Positions 29,551-38,623 are shown, counted from the first letter of the stretch. The stretch: DNA of 64,000 bases from a bacterium (GCA_027310625.1 DAIDAM010000003.1:67278-131277); one strand, 5' to 3'. Translations and numbers: made by a program. The notes: generated from the sequence alone by a model not told the origin.

Positions 29551-29985
29551 TTATCCTTTCGGTCTTTTTGCCCCATATTTCGACCGCTGCTGCTTCCTGT
29601 TTTCCACTCCGGTCGTATCCAAAACGCCGCGGACGATGTGATATCTGATTCCCGGCAGGTCCTTCACGCGTCCGCCGCGAATCATCACAATCGAGTGTTC
29701 CTGAAGCGTGTGCCCCTCGCCCGGAATGTAAGCGGTGACTTCCATGCCGTTGGTCAGCCGCACGCGGGCTACTTTCCGAAGAGCGGAGTTCGGTTTCTTG
29801 GGCGTGGTCGTGAAGACCTTCAAACAAACGCCGCGCTTGAACGGCGAACCGGAATAAACCGGACGATTTTCAAGCGTGTTGAAATAGTACGACAAAGCCG
29901 GCGATTTTGTTTTCGCTTTTATTTTCTTCCTTCCTTTTTTTATGAGTTGTCTGATTGTGGGCATGATAATAAGTAAATTAGACAT
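29551..29985 (-). CDS. rpsL: 30S ribosomal protein S12; probable start MPTIRQL at 29962
   Basis: S12 signature (PNSALRKV…). Confidence 0.93.
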   Translation of the reverse strand: MSNLLIIMPTIRQLIKKGRKKIKAKTKSPALSYYFNTLENRPVYSGSPFKRGVCLKVFTTTPKKPNSALRKVARVRLTNGMEVTAYIPGEGHTLQEHSIVMIRGGRVKDLPGIRYHIVRGVLDTTGVENRKQQRSKYGAKRPKG

Positions 29986-30182
29986 CAGTCATTAGTAATC
30001 AGGGTTTATTAAACCCACAAACTAACTTCTGATGTTTGATAACTGATGACTAAATTTCAGTCGCTCAAAATTCTAAATCAAAATCCAACCTTGTGTCAAT
30101 GTTTGCTTCGCAAACCGTGGACTAACACTGGTGCGGAGCAACACTAACGCGGACTAACACCGATTTGTGATTTGTCGGGCCA

Positions 30183-30206
30183 GGCGTTGTGCTATAGCAC
30201 AACGCC
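30183..30206. promoter_or_regulatory. 24-bp perfect palindrome GGCGTTGTGCTATAGCACAACGCC at the 3' side of the yerC-like gene
   Basis: perfect inverted repeat; one of four TTGTGCTATAGCACAA boxes. Confidence 0.55.
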
Positions 30207-30283
30207 TACCGCGCCTTATTCTCTCAATCGCCTATACGCCTATAATTGCTTACACTCTTTAATATACACGCTTTTATACACGC

Positions 30284-30726
30284 CTATAAATGGTCGGGGA
30301 TATGCAACGTTCCGTATTTCGTACGAATGGGCCTGCCTTTGTGTTTCTTTTTCCTCGGCGTGTGATTATAGCTGTATTCTCTTTTTCTCCGCTCTTTTTT
30401 GCTTCTTTCTAGATAGCTCTTGTAATTGTTTTCAGTCATCGCCTTTTTAACAGCATTAATGGTTTGTGTGGAAAGCAATAATTCTCTGCTTAATTGCCTC
30501 GGCCCTTTACCGGAAACAAGTCCTTCCAGAGCCGCCGCGCGCATTACCAAATTGTGACGTTCATGCGACGTAATCAATGATGATAGCATTTCACCGGATT
30601 CCAAGATTTTCCGCCATGCCGCTTCTTCCCATTTTTCACGCGAGGGGTAATCATCTATCGGCGGAATTATACCTACCTTCCTACTAAAAATGTCTTTTTT
30701 GCCGACACTAGTTTGTTTTTCGCTCA
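30284..30726 (-). CDS. TrpR-like YerC/YecD family HTH protein; start uncertain (GTG ~30726 or ATG 30589); the upstream part of the long ORF is made of operator palindromes and is non-coding
   Basis: EKWEEAAWRKIL…ERHNLVMRAAALEGLVSGKGPRQLSRELLLSTQTINAVKKA matches the TrpR-like YerC family pattern. Confidence 0.6.
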
Positions 30727-30744
30727 CGTCAGCAGTATAGCACG

Positions 30745-30955
30745 CTGTTATGCTATAGCACAACAATTTTAAAAAAGCTGTCCGCACAAAAACCTTCCAT
30801 ATTAAACTAATCGTAGTGTATAGTGTTATGCTGTAGCACAACACTATACACTGCAACGAGCTTATTGTATTTTTTGCGAACTTTTACGCAAACATCTTTT
30901 ACGCAAAAACAGCTTTTCTAAAAAATTCCTGCCTGTTGTGCTATAGCACAACAGG
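30745..30955. promoter_or_regulatory. three more copies of the T(T/A)TGCTATAGCACAA palindrome (30745-30766, 30814-30851, 30932-30955) upstream of the yerC-like gene; putative operator array
   Basis: repeated 16-24 bp palindromes sharing one core. Confidence 0.55.
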
Positions 30956-31078
30956 CATCGAATGCCAAAGGGGAAAAGTTGAATTTTCCGGAAATTCTAC
31001 AGACATAAATCAAAACGGCGCATATAGTCAATCCCCGCATAAATACTTATGTGGGAGATCAATTAAACAAAGCGGGAA

Positions 31079-31726
31079 TCAGAAAGGGAGCGTGGGTCCC
31101 GCCAAAATTCTGTAAATCGCATTGATTATCGGAATTATCAAACCGAACCCGAAAAATATGAAAATCAAAATCAAAAACATCCCGTAGCGCTCGAGGAACA
31201 TCGCTATTTGAAAACTTGTCTCGCCCGGCGGCAAAAGCGAAAAGAGAACTTTCGAGCCGTCAAGCGGCGGCAAAGGGACGAGATTGAAAACGGCGAGCAG
31301 GACGTTTATGTAAACGATGAACGCGAAGAAAATCATCAGCGGGGAACCTGTGGCGTATCCGGACGAAGACAACAGACGAAGAAGAATTCCGAAAACGGCG
31401 GCGAGGAGAAGATTGCTCGCCGGTCCTGCAAGCGCGATTTTCCCCGAACCGCTTTTCGGGTTCTTGAGATAAACGGGATTGTAGGGCACCGGCTTTGCCC
31501 AGCCGAAAACGAAAGCCCCTTGAGTCGCGAAAAAAAGCAACACCGGCAAAAGAAACGAGCCGAAAAAATCCAAATGTTTCAACGGATTCAAGGTCAGCCG
31601 TCCCGCGAGCCGCGCCGTCGGGTCGCCCAAACTTTCAGCGACGTAGCCGTGAGAAATTTCGTGAATCATCACGGAGAAAATCAAAACCGCGAGCTGAAAA
31701 ATTAAAAACAAAATGTTTGCTTCCAT
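31079..31726 (-). CDS. site-2 protease family (M50) intramembrane zinc metalloprotease
   Basis: HEISHG (HExxH) in a TM helix and the LDG motif (NLVPLPPLDGSKVL). Confidence 0.8.
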   Translation of the reverse strand: MEANILFLIFQLAVLIFSVMIHEISHGYVAESLGDPTARLAGRLTLNPLKHLDFFGSFLLPVLLFFATQGAFVFGWAKPVPYNPVYLKNPKSGSGKIALAGPASNLLLAAVFGILLRLLSSSGYATGSPLMIFFAFIVYINVLLAVFNLVPLPPLDGSKVLFSLLPPGETSFQIAMFLERYGMFLILIFIFFGFGLIIPIINAIYRILAGPTLPF

Positions 31727-31761
31727 TTCTGCTAAAAATCCATATAATATTAGCACCTCCT

Positions 31762-31941
31762 GCCTCTGTGGTGAAACGGATATCATGACTGCCTTCCCTG
31801 CCCGCCGCAATTTGCCCTCGTGGTGAAATGGATATCACGTCAGGCTTCGAACCTGAAGTTCTAGGTTCAAATCCCGGCGAGGGCACGCGGCAAAGGCAGG
31901 CGGGGAAGCAGTCGTTGGGGGTTCGAATCCCTCCGGAGGCG
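31762..31941 (+). tRNA. interrupted tRNA-like gene. 5' part at 31762-31797 (acceptor, D-arm, 5' anticodon stem); 3' part at 31906-31941 (3' anticodon stem, T-arm TTCGAAT, acceptor, G73, no CCA). An ~110-nt insert lies in the anticodon loop. If spliced after C36, the loop would read CTTCCAA (Gly-UCC); identity unresolved.
   Basis: hand-folded: acceptor gcctctg/cggaggc, D-stem gtga/tcat, anticodon stem actgc/gcagt, T-stem ggggg/ccctc; insert forms a 9-bp helix ttccctgcc/ggcggggaa plus gccgc/gcggc. Confidence 0.5.
31814..31885 (+). tRNA. tRNA-Arg (anticodon TCG), complete 72-nt cloverleaf, nested inside the insert of the 31762-31941 tRNA-like gene
   Basis: acceptor gccctcg/cgagggc, D-arm tggtgaaatggatatcacg, anticodon stem tcagg/cctga with loop cttcgaa, T-loop ttcaaat, A73. 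Confidence 0.7.
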
Positions 31942-31961
31942 CAAACGCAATCGACTCTTTA

Positions 31962-32750
31962 TTGATTGTGGATAAGTTCTTTCAGTTCGGCTATTCTGTG
32001 CCGTATAGTTGGAAGTGTATGGATTATTCCCAACTAAAAAAGAAGGCGATTGCCCTCAGAAAGCAAGGGTTAAGCTACAGTGAAATACAGGGGAGATTGG
32101 ACAGCGCTGTTTCGAAAAGCACGCTTAGCTTATGGTTGAAATCCGTACTCCTCAAACCCGAGCATCGAAAACGGCTTTACACCAAGCAAATTCAAATCCT
32201 TTCCCTTGGATCTCAATCACAGAGAGAGCGAAGACAAAGAGAAATAAACGAAATAATTGAGCGGGCGAAGAAAGAAATCCATACTCCACTTTCTCAAGAA
32301 ACCTATCGTTTCTTCGGAGCCGCGCTTTATTGGGCGGAGGGCGGCAAAACAAAAAACTTTGAAATCACTAATTCTGATCCTTCGTTAATTGCCTTTATAG
32401 TAAAATGGTTTAATGATATTTTCGGCGTGGCGCCGAATAATTTAAAAGCTCATCTTAATCTTTACCCGCAACAGAACGAAAATGATATTAAAAGGTTTTG
32501 GTCAGACATTACGGGAATACCTAAGAAAAATTTTGGCAAAAGTTTTATAAAGCCGCCGAATAAGGGCTATAAGAAAAATAATCTCTATTATGGAACGATA
32601 AGAATAAGAGTTATGAAAGGAACTGACATGAAGCATAGATTATTTGGGTGGATTCAAGCCGCTTTACAAGACATAAATACAAAGGCAGAATTAGTACAGA
32701 GAAAGTGGATACGACTCAGCAAAGTAGCGCGCCCGCCTGTAAATCTATAA
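31962..32750 (+). CDS. HTH-containing protein with a possible LAGLIDADG-like endonuclease motif (FFGAALYWAEGGK); hypothetical
   Basis: N-terminal HTH-like segment (LSYSEIQGRL); LAGLIDADG-like glycine-rich motif; located between tRNA loci. Confidence 0.45.
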   Translation: MIVDKFFQFGYSVPYSWKCMDYSQLKKKAIALRKQGLSYSEIQGRLDSAVSKSTLSLWLKSVLLKPEHRKRLYTKQIQILSLGSQSQRERRQREINEIIERAKKEIHTPLSQETYRFFGAALYWAEGGKTKNFEITNSDPSLIAFIVKWFNDIFGVAPNNLKAHLNLYPQQNENDIKRFWSDITGIPKKNFGKSFIKPPNKGYKKNNLYYGTIRIRVMKGTDMKHRLFGWIQAALQDINTKAELVQRKWIRLSKVARPPVNL

Positions 32751-32751
32751 C

Positions 32752-32823
32752 CCCCCATAGCTCAATTGGCAGAGCAGCGCCCTCTTAAGGCGAGTGTTTC
32801 AGGTTCAAGTCCTGATGGGGGGA
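32752..32823 (+). tRNA. tRNA-Lys (anticodon CTT), probable; C1-G72 start and a 3-bp D-stem make the fold slightly atypical
   Basis: acceptor cccccca/tgggggg, anticodon loop ctcttaa, T-loop ttcaagt, A73. Confidence 0.6.
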
Positions 32824-32830
32824 CAAAATC

Positions 32831-35053
32831 TCACTCCAAATGAAGTTTCCTTTCGAATTCCGCAAGCTTTTCCGCGAGTAAGGGACGGGCTTTGAGATTT
32901 TTGTCTTTCTCTAAAATTTTCACCGCCGCATCTCTCGCCGCTTTCACCATTTCGAAATCCTGCAAGCCGCGCATAGCGACGTCGGGCAAACCGGTTTGCT
33001 TTTGTCCGATGAACTCTCCCGGTCCGCGGATTTTCAAATCTTTTTCTGCGAGTTCGAACCCGTTTTTCGCTTCAACTATCGCTTTTAGACGGTCACTCGT
33101 GGTTTTTGCGGGTGAGTCCGTGAAAAGAAAACAAAACGACTGATGTTCGCCGCGCCCCACGCGTCCGCGGAACTGGTAAAGCTGGGCGAGTCCAAACCTG
33201 TCCGCGCCTTCGATGAGCATTATCGTCGCGTTCGGAACGTCAACGCCGACTTCTATCACCGAGGTGGAAACGAGAACGTCTATTTTGCCTTCCCGAAACG
33301 CTTTCATTACCGCTTCTTTTGAAGGTTTTCCGTCCGAGGCGAGACCTCGCCCGCGTTTAGCGCGTGCGGGCATTTGCCCGTGAAGCATGCCGACTTTCAA
33401 ATCGGGAAAAACGTTCTTGGAAAGTTTTTCGTATTCTTCCTTTACTGCCTTGGTTTCCCAAGGCAACGCGGATTTACGCTGATTGTTATCAGCGCGGATC
33501 TGCGCGGATGTATCCGCGTCTGTCCGCGTGTCCGAGGATTCTATCCTCGGACAAATGACGAACGCCTGCCTTCCTTTTTTTATCTGGCCGCGGATGAACT
33601 GATACGCTTTGTCGCGGTTCGCGGGCGCGACGATTTTTGTGATTATCGGTTTTCTTCCCAAGGGCAATTCGGTGATAGTGGAAATATCCAGGTCGCCGAA
33701 AACCGTGAGCATCAGCGTGCGCGGTATCGGCGTCGCGCTCATCGACAACAGGTGTGGAATCAATTTAGTTTCGCGGTTTTTGTGTAATTCAGCGCGCTGC
33801 CTAACTCCAAAGCGATGCTGCTCATCAATTATCACAAGAGCAAGTTTGTCGAAGCGGACATCTTTTTGGATTAAAGCATGAGTTCCGGCAATTACTTTTA
33901 TTTTTCCGGCGATAACTCCTTTTTTAAACTCGTTCTTCGAAACTAAACTCTCCAAATCATTCTCAAAAAATACTTTTGCTTCTTTGGAAACGAGGAGTCC
34001 CACTTCCGGCTGTTTCCGAAGCGGCAGACGGGCGAAAATTTTTTTGAGCGTCCCGAAATGCTGGCGCGCGAGAATTTCCGTCGGCGCCATGAAAGCGCTT
34101 TGAAAGCCGTTTTCGGCGGCGACGATGGCGGCAACGGCGGCGACAACGGTTTTTCCCGAACCGACGTCGCCCTGCAACAGGCGGTTCATCGGTTTCGGCT
34201 TCCCGATGTCCTGAATGATTTCCCAAAGCGATTTTTTCTGCGACAAAGTAAGTTTGAATGGCAGTGCCTCCGTTATTTCTTTCAGATGTTCAATTTCAAT
34301 TTGAATCGGCTGCGCTTTTTCCTCCGCGAGTTTCATTTTTTGTCTGATGTTGAAAAGCTGGAGAAGAAAAAGGTTCTCGAACGAAAATCTTTTCTTGGCG
34401 GCGAGCGCCGCTTCGAGAGTTTTCGGGAAATGAACGTCGCGGAGCGCCTCGTTTATTTCCGGAACGCCGGCGGAGTCGAGAATTTCTTCCGGAATCCACT
34501 CGGAAATTTCGCCGACGCTTTTCAGAATCGGTTGAATCAAAAACCTGATGCCCCTTGAAGTAAGTCCTCTCGTCTCGGGATAAACGGGCACGAGCCGCCC
34601 GGTATGCCTCATTTCTTGTCCCCGGTCTCTGGTCGCTGGTCGCAAACCGATGAGTTCGTACGCCGGATGCGAAAGATAAATTTCGCGTTCGCCGAGCGAA
34701 ACCTTGCCGGAGAAATTCGCTTCCCGTCCGGGTCGAAGCGTGTTCAAAAGATACGGCTGGTTGAACCACACCGCTTTTATTTCGCCGGTGTCGTCGGCAA
34801 TTATCGCGTCAACTATAACAAAACGCCGCCGGAAAGTGCGGCGGATTTTTATGTCGCGGACGACGCCATGCACCGTCGCCTGCATGCCGGGTTCGAGGTT
34901 CGCTATCGGAACGATTTCCGAAAAATCCTCGTAGCGTGACGGAAAATGAAAAAGCAAATCTCTTATCGTAAAAATCTCGAGTTTCTCCAGTCGTTTCAAA
35001 AATCTCGGCGGAATTCCTCTTATTCCCGAAAGCGGCGTCAAAAGGTCAATCAC
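32831..35053 (-). CDS. recG: ATP-dependent DNA helicase RecG, with repeat-derived in-frame insertions
   Basis: helicase motifs (GDVGSGKT, DEQHRFG, SATPIPRT), wedge domain; inserts RPATRDRGQEM and DTRTDADTSAQIRADNNQRKSAL. Confidence 0.92.
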   Translation of the reverse strand: MIDLLTPLSGIRGIPPRFLKRLEKLEIFTIRDLLFHFPSRYEDFSEIVPIANLEPGMQATVHGVVRDIKIRRTFRRRFVIVDAIIADDTGEIKAVWFNQPYLLNTLRPGREANFSGKVSLGEREIYLSHPAYELIGLRPATRDRGQEMRHTGRLVPVYPETRGLTSRGIRFLIQPILKSVGEISEWIPEEILDSAGVPEINEALRDVHFPKTLEAALAAKKRFSFENLFLLQLFNIRQKMKLAEEKAQPIQIEIEHLKEITEALPFKLTLSQKKSLWEIIQDIGKPKPMNRLLQGDVGSGKTVVAAVAAIVAAENGFQSAFMAPTEILARQHFGTLKKIFARLPLRKQPEVGLLVSKEAKVFFENDLESLVSKNEFKKGVIAGKIKVIAGTHALIQKDVRFDKLALVIIDEQHRFGVRQRAELHKNRETKLIPHLLSMSATPIPRTLMLTVFGDLDISTITELPLGRKPIITKIVAPANRDKAYQFIRGQIKKGRQAFVICPRIESSDTRTDADTSAQIRADNNQRKSALPWETKAVKEEYEKLSKNVFPDLKVGMLHGQMPARAKRGRGLASDGKPSKEAVMKAFREGKIDVLVSTSVIEVGVDVPNATIMLIEGADRFGLAQLYQFRGRVGRGEHQSFCFLFTDSPAKTTSDRLKAIVEAKNGFELAEKDLKIRGPGEFIGQKQTGLPDVAMRGLQDFEMVKAARDAAVKILEKDKNLKARPLLAEKLAEFERKLHLE

Positions 35054-35165
35054 AGCCGCCGCATTATACGCGGTTTCATCGCAAACTTCAACTTTACTCG
35101 CTCATCTGATAAAATTCCCTGAATGCCGGGAAGTGGAAATTCTGCTGCCGTGTTTCAGCACGGCA

Positions 35166-35181
35166 CTATGATATAGCATAG
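35166..35181. promoter_or_regulatory. CTATGATATAGCATAG near-palindrome in the recG/DUF5674 divergent intergenic region; same GCTATAGC-type core
   Basis: near-perfect inverted repeat next to a GC hairpin (35139-35158). Confidence 0.4.
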
Positions 35182-35271
35182 CGACGTTCCATTTGTTATC
35201 TGCGTTAATTGATGCACTAACACGGTTAAGAAGTCTTTCATTAAACAAAACAGAATTTTTACCACCTGAAA

Positions 35272-35622
35272 ATGGAAATAAAAATAGTGAAAGAGCCAAT
35301 CAGCCGGAAGGAACTTGTTGAGATGGCGAGCGAGCAATTCGGGGACGTCGTGAAAGTGGTTGTTGACGTCGCGCAGGGGATTATGGCGGTCGGCGGCGAG
35401 CTTCACTCCGACGAAGAAGTTCTGCTGATGGAAAAAGAAAATTCCAAGAGAGAAAACACGTGGGGAATCAACATTTACCCCAAAAAACCCGTGAATGAAT
35501 GGATTGAATTTGATTCCATGATTAACATCAAGCCGTCGCTCGGCAATCGCTCGCGAATAGTGGAAAACGAAAGCGCGCGGGAAACGATAAAAAAAATAGT
35601 CGCTAAACTCGTCATTGACTGA
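35272..35622 (+). CDS. DUF5674-like hypothetical protein
   Basis: 116-aa ORF; family recognised only weakly. Confidence 0.5.
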   Translation: MEIKIVKEPISRKELVEMASEQFGDVVKVVVDVAQGIMAVGGELHSDEEVLLMEKENSKRENTWGINIYPKKPVNEWIEFDSMINIKPSLGNRSRIVENESARETIKKIVAKLVID

Positions 35623-35950
35623 AATGCCGATACACGAAGAACTGGCCGCGGGAAAATGGCGGGAGTTGTCGCTTGCCGAACAGCTCGGAAACGTCGGCAG
35701 CGAAGTTTTCCGCGCCTCGCGCTGGAAAGACAAGGACGAAAAATTGTTCCAAAGCGCGGTTGAAAAAGCGCTGGAACTTTTTGACTTGACGCTCGCCGAC
35801 CCGCGCTGGAAAGGGCGCTACCGGGAAATCGCCCGCGCGAGGGAGATCTTTTGCGACGCTTTTCTCGGCGATAATCTCTACGGGGGCTCGATAAGAGGTT
35901 TATTGAATTATTTCGACGTGTTCGCGGCGGCGGGAAGAAAGCAGGTTTGA
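35615..35950 (+). CDS. hypothetical protein; weak MazG-like NTP-pyrophosphohydrolase resemblance
   Basis: ORF overlapping the previous gene by 8 nt (operon-like). Confidence 0.4.
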   Translation: MTEMPIHEELAAGKWRELSLAEQLGNVGSEVFRASRWKDKDEKLFQSAVEKALELFDLTLADPRWKGRYREIARAREIFCDAFLGDNLYGGSIRGLLNYFDVFAAAGRKQV

Positions 35951-36111
35951 CTTACTGCGAAATAGTCGCAATCACGATTTAATGATAGTGAATCAGTTAT
36001 TAGTTATAAGTTACTAGTTATCAAAAATTGGCGACCGGCGCCAAAGCGAACGGAAACGGACAATCGGGGATAAAAAATTTTGCTTCAGCGGTTGGCGACG
36101 ACTGCATCAAA

Positions 36112-36321
36112 TTATAAATCATCCGGCATGAGCCCGGTGTGCTTTGCAATCCTGCTTAACATGCGGGGTCCGATTTCCTCGCGTTCGTGAAAAGCGAAAG
36201 TTACATTCGGCCAACCCGGTTTTGCCAATATTCTATGCGAACCGCGCTGCCGCTTTATCCGCCAGCCGATAGACGCCAAAGCTTTCAACACGCGCGATGC
36301 CTTAACGGCCCGCCACTCCAT
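36112..36321 (-). CDS. hicA: HicA family toxin (YcfA-like mRNA interferase); the ORF extends to 36378 but probably starts at MEWRAVKA
   Basis: KASRVLKALASIGWRIKRQRGSHRIL matches the HicA core. Confidence 0.7.
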   Translation of the reverse strand: MEWRAVKASRVLKALASIGWRIKRQRGSHRILAKPGWPNVTFAFHEREEIGPRMLSRIAKHTGLMPDDL

Positions 36322-36535
36322 GAGAAAATATTTTTGAAACTGGGAAAGGAAACTTTCCTTGCTCCGCGCTGTCGGCAAGGGTTCTCAAAGCCACGGCGTA
36401 AAGTTTACGAAGCGCTTCTTTTTTGGTCCTGCCGTAAGCCATGACGCCGGGCATCTTCGGAATTTCGGCGATCCAACGTCCGTCATTCTCGCGGTCAAAT
36501 TCAACTTTTAAGTTTTTGCTATTTGTCAAAGCCAT
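36302..36535 (-). CDS. hicB: HicB family antitoxin
   Basis: WIAEIPKMPGVMAYGRTKKEALRKL matches the HicB/UPF0150 fold pattern; directly upstream of hicA. Confidence 0.7.
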   Translation of the reverse strand: MALTNSKNLKVEFDRENDGRWIAEIPKMPGVMAYGRTKKEALRKLYAVALRTLADSAEQGKFPFPVSKIFSHGVAGR

Positions 36536-36813
36536 GTTTCCGATTACGTAATTAAAAGCATTCTGTTGGTTTCCAAAACCAAAAAAAGCGCATCCTTGAG
36601 GTTTTCTTTAATTTCCTTCTCTTTTATATACTCTATATACTCCAGTAAACTGAACGTTAGACATAATTTGATGCTAACAACCCGCGAAAAAAAGTCAACT
36701 ATGCGCATTGCGGAATCTCTCAAACAACTTTAGCGGACTACCTCGGGGCGGAGAAAGTTGTCGGCGCGGGGACGGGAGTGGTTGGGGTCGGAGCCGCCGC
36801 CACTCCTACACAA

Positions 36814-37434
36814 CTATATTCTTCCCGCTTCGTTGCTGAAAAACGATTTAACTTCTTTCCAATCCAAGGGTTTGAGCATCTTCGGCATCGGCTCCGCATC
36901 GGCATCATCGAAATATGTCAAACTCTTTTTTATATGCAGCAAGTTGAATTCAAGCGAAGAGTATTTTTTTCGGAACAGCGCGAGAACGTCGTCCAGCGAC
37001 GCCGTTTCCTTGATGATGAAATACAAGTCAATGAAGTCGCGCTTGGCTCCCCTTGCGGAAATGGCGTCTATTTTCATGCAGGCGATGTCGCGGATATCGG
37101 CAAGCCGAACGCCGCCGAAATGCGCCGATGAGAAAAGAAGCGGATAATGATAGCCGATAAAAGACACTTTTGTTTTTTCGAAAACGCCGATTACCGTTTG
37201 CTCGGCGCGTTTCTCCAGCCGGAAACTTCCCAACTCGGAAAGCCGCGAAATCAACAAGGAATCGTTGAAATCGCGTTCCGCAAAGAAATCCAGGTCGCCG
37301 GAAATTCTGTGCCCGAGATAAAGCGCAACCGCCGTTCCGCCGGCGAGATAAAATTCATTTATGCCGATTAAATTTCTAAGCAGAGAAATCGCCTTCTGCG
37401 AATTGCTCGGCAAAACCTCCGGGTGAAAAGTCAT
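36814..37434 (-). CDS. nucleotidyltransferase AbiEii/AbiGii toxin family (type IV TA)
   Basis: LAGGTAVALYLGHRISGDLDFF motif. Confidence 0.75.
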   Translation of the reverse strand: MTFHPEVLPSNSQKAISLLRNLIGINEFYLAGGTAVALYLGHRISGDLDFFAERDFNDSLLISRLSELGSFRLEKRAEQTVIGVFEKTKVSFIGYHYPLLFSSAHFGGVRLADIRDIACMKIDAISARGAKRDFIDLYFIIKETASLDDVLALFRKKYSSLEFNLLHIKKSLTYFDDADAEPMPKMLKPLDWKEVKSFFSNEAGRI

Positions 37435-37458
37435 CTTGCGGTGCTGTGAAAAATCGTA

Positions 37459-37701
37459 TTATTGACGGCTCAAAACCAACTCCCAAAACTTGCGGCTTTT
37501 GGGAGAAATGTTCTTTCCGGCTTTCAGCGCCGAAATAATGTCGTCTTTGGAAAAATTTTTTATCAGCCATTTGCCGGCTTTCTCGTCGCCCAATTCCAAC
37601 AGCCGTTCCAAAACGTACCTTTTGTGCTTGCGAACGTTTATTTTTTTGAAATCGGCGTCCCAAAAATATTTTTCAACGGCTTCCCTTCCCGCTATGTCCA
37701 T
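37459..37701 (-). CDS. small protein upstream of AbiEii; putative cognate antitoxin/partner (DUF6922-like)
   Basis: 80-aa ORF 24 nt upstream of the toxin gene. Confidence 0.4.
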   Translation of the reverse strand: MDIAGREAVEKYFWDADFKKINVRKHKRYVLERLLELGDEKAGKWLIKNFSKDDIISALKAGKNISPKSRKFWELVLSRQ

Positions 37702-37838
37702 AACGATAAAATTATACCAACCTTTCGAAGGAAAAACAAGCGCGCGTGCCTCATCGGGAAGTCGGATTCCTTAGGCCGATTTCCTTCGTCAAATCGGCCG
37801 CTGGCCGTTAGTGGAATTATTTATGGCTTAAGGAAGGA

Positions 37839-37860
37839 CTAAGGAAGTCCGACTTCCTAA
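37839..37860. repeat. REP-like palindrome (ctaaggaagtccgacttcctaa)
   Basis: member of the TTAGGAAGTCGGACTTCCTAA family. Confidence 0.7.
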
Positions 37861-37876
37861 ATGTTATAATTACAGC

Positions 37877-38578
37877 ATGACGAGACCGCGAATAATTCGG
37901 AACGAAATTTACCATGTCCTTAACCGTGGCGTAGATAAGCGAGCAATTTTCTCAGACGATAACGACCGCCTGCGGTTTATTCATAACCTCTTTGAGTTTA
38001 ACGACACCGCACCTGCACCCAATCTCGCCTACCATCTCGGCAAAAAACAATCTAAGGAAGTCGGACTTCCTAAGATTGAGAGGAGACGGCGGGAACTTTT
38101 GGTGGAAATTCTCGCGTTTTGCATGATGAAAAATCACTATCATCTTTTGGTCAGGCCGAAGGCTGATAATTTTCTAACGTTATTTATGAGAAAACTGGGA
38201 ACAGGGTACACCAATTATTTTAATCAAAAATATAAGCGGAGCGGAGCGCTTTTCCAAGGGAAATACAAAGTGGTGCACATTAACAATGATAGACATTTTA
38301 TTCATCTCCCCTACTACATTCACTTTAATCCATTAGACGGCTTTGCTCCGAGTTGGAGAGAAAAGGAAATAAAGGACCACAAAAAAGCAATGGAATTTTT
38401 GGAGAACTATCGCTGGAGCAGTTTTCCGGACTATATCGGCAGGAAAAATTTTCCTTCAATCACGCAAAGAGAATTTTTACTAAAGTTTTTCGGCGGCCCG
38501 GAGGAATACAAACGCAAAACGACAGAATGGCTAAAAGCAATCGATTTCGAGGCAATACACGACGTTGCACTAGAATAA
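37877..38578 (+). CDS. REP-associated tyrosine transposase (RAYT, IS200-like Y1 transposase); contains an internal REP copy at 38052-38074
   Basis: HxH motif (NHYHLLV) and catalytic Tyr region (LPYYIHFNP); flanked by REP palindromes. Confidence 0.8.
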   Translation: MTRPRIIRNEIYHVLNRGVDKRAIFSDDNDRLRFIHNLFEFNDTAPAPNLAYHLGKKQSKEVGLPKIERRRRELLVEILAFCMMKNHYHLLVRPKADNFLTLFMRKLGTGYTNYFNQKYKRSGALFQGKYKVVHINNDRHFIHLPYYIHFNPLDGFAPSWREKEIKDHKKAMEFLENYRWSSFPDYIGRKNFPSITQREFLLKFFGGPEEYKRKTTEWLKAIDFEAIHDVALE

Positions 38579-38585
38579 TTAATAA

Positions 38586-38606
38586 TTAGGAAGTCGGACT
38601 TCCTAA
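38586..38606. repeat. REP palindrome TTAGGAAGTCGGACTTCCTAA (perfect)
   Basis: perfect 21-bp palindrome. Confidence 0.8.
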
Positions 38607-38623
38607 GAAAAAAACAAGCGGCG

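Noticed and set aside
31798-31905. Group I/II intron in the outer tRNA
   Set aside because: The insert is only ~110 nt and most of it is a canonical tRNA. This is far too short, and it lacks P/Q/R/S-type elements by eye.
35155-35733. 192-aa minus-strand ORF
   Set aside because: Antisense to the DUF5674-like gene, low-complexity translation; a shadow ORF.
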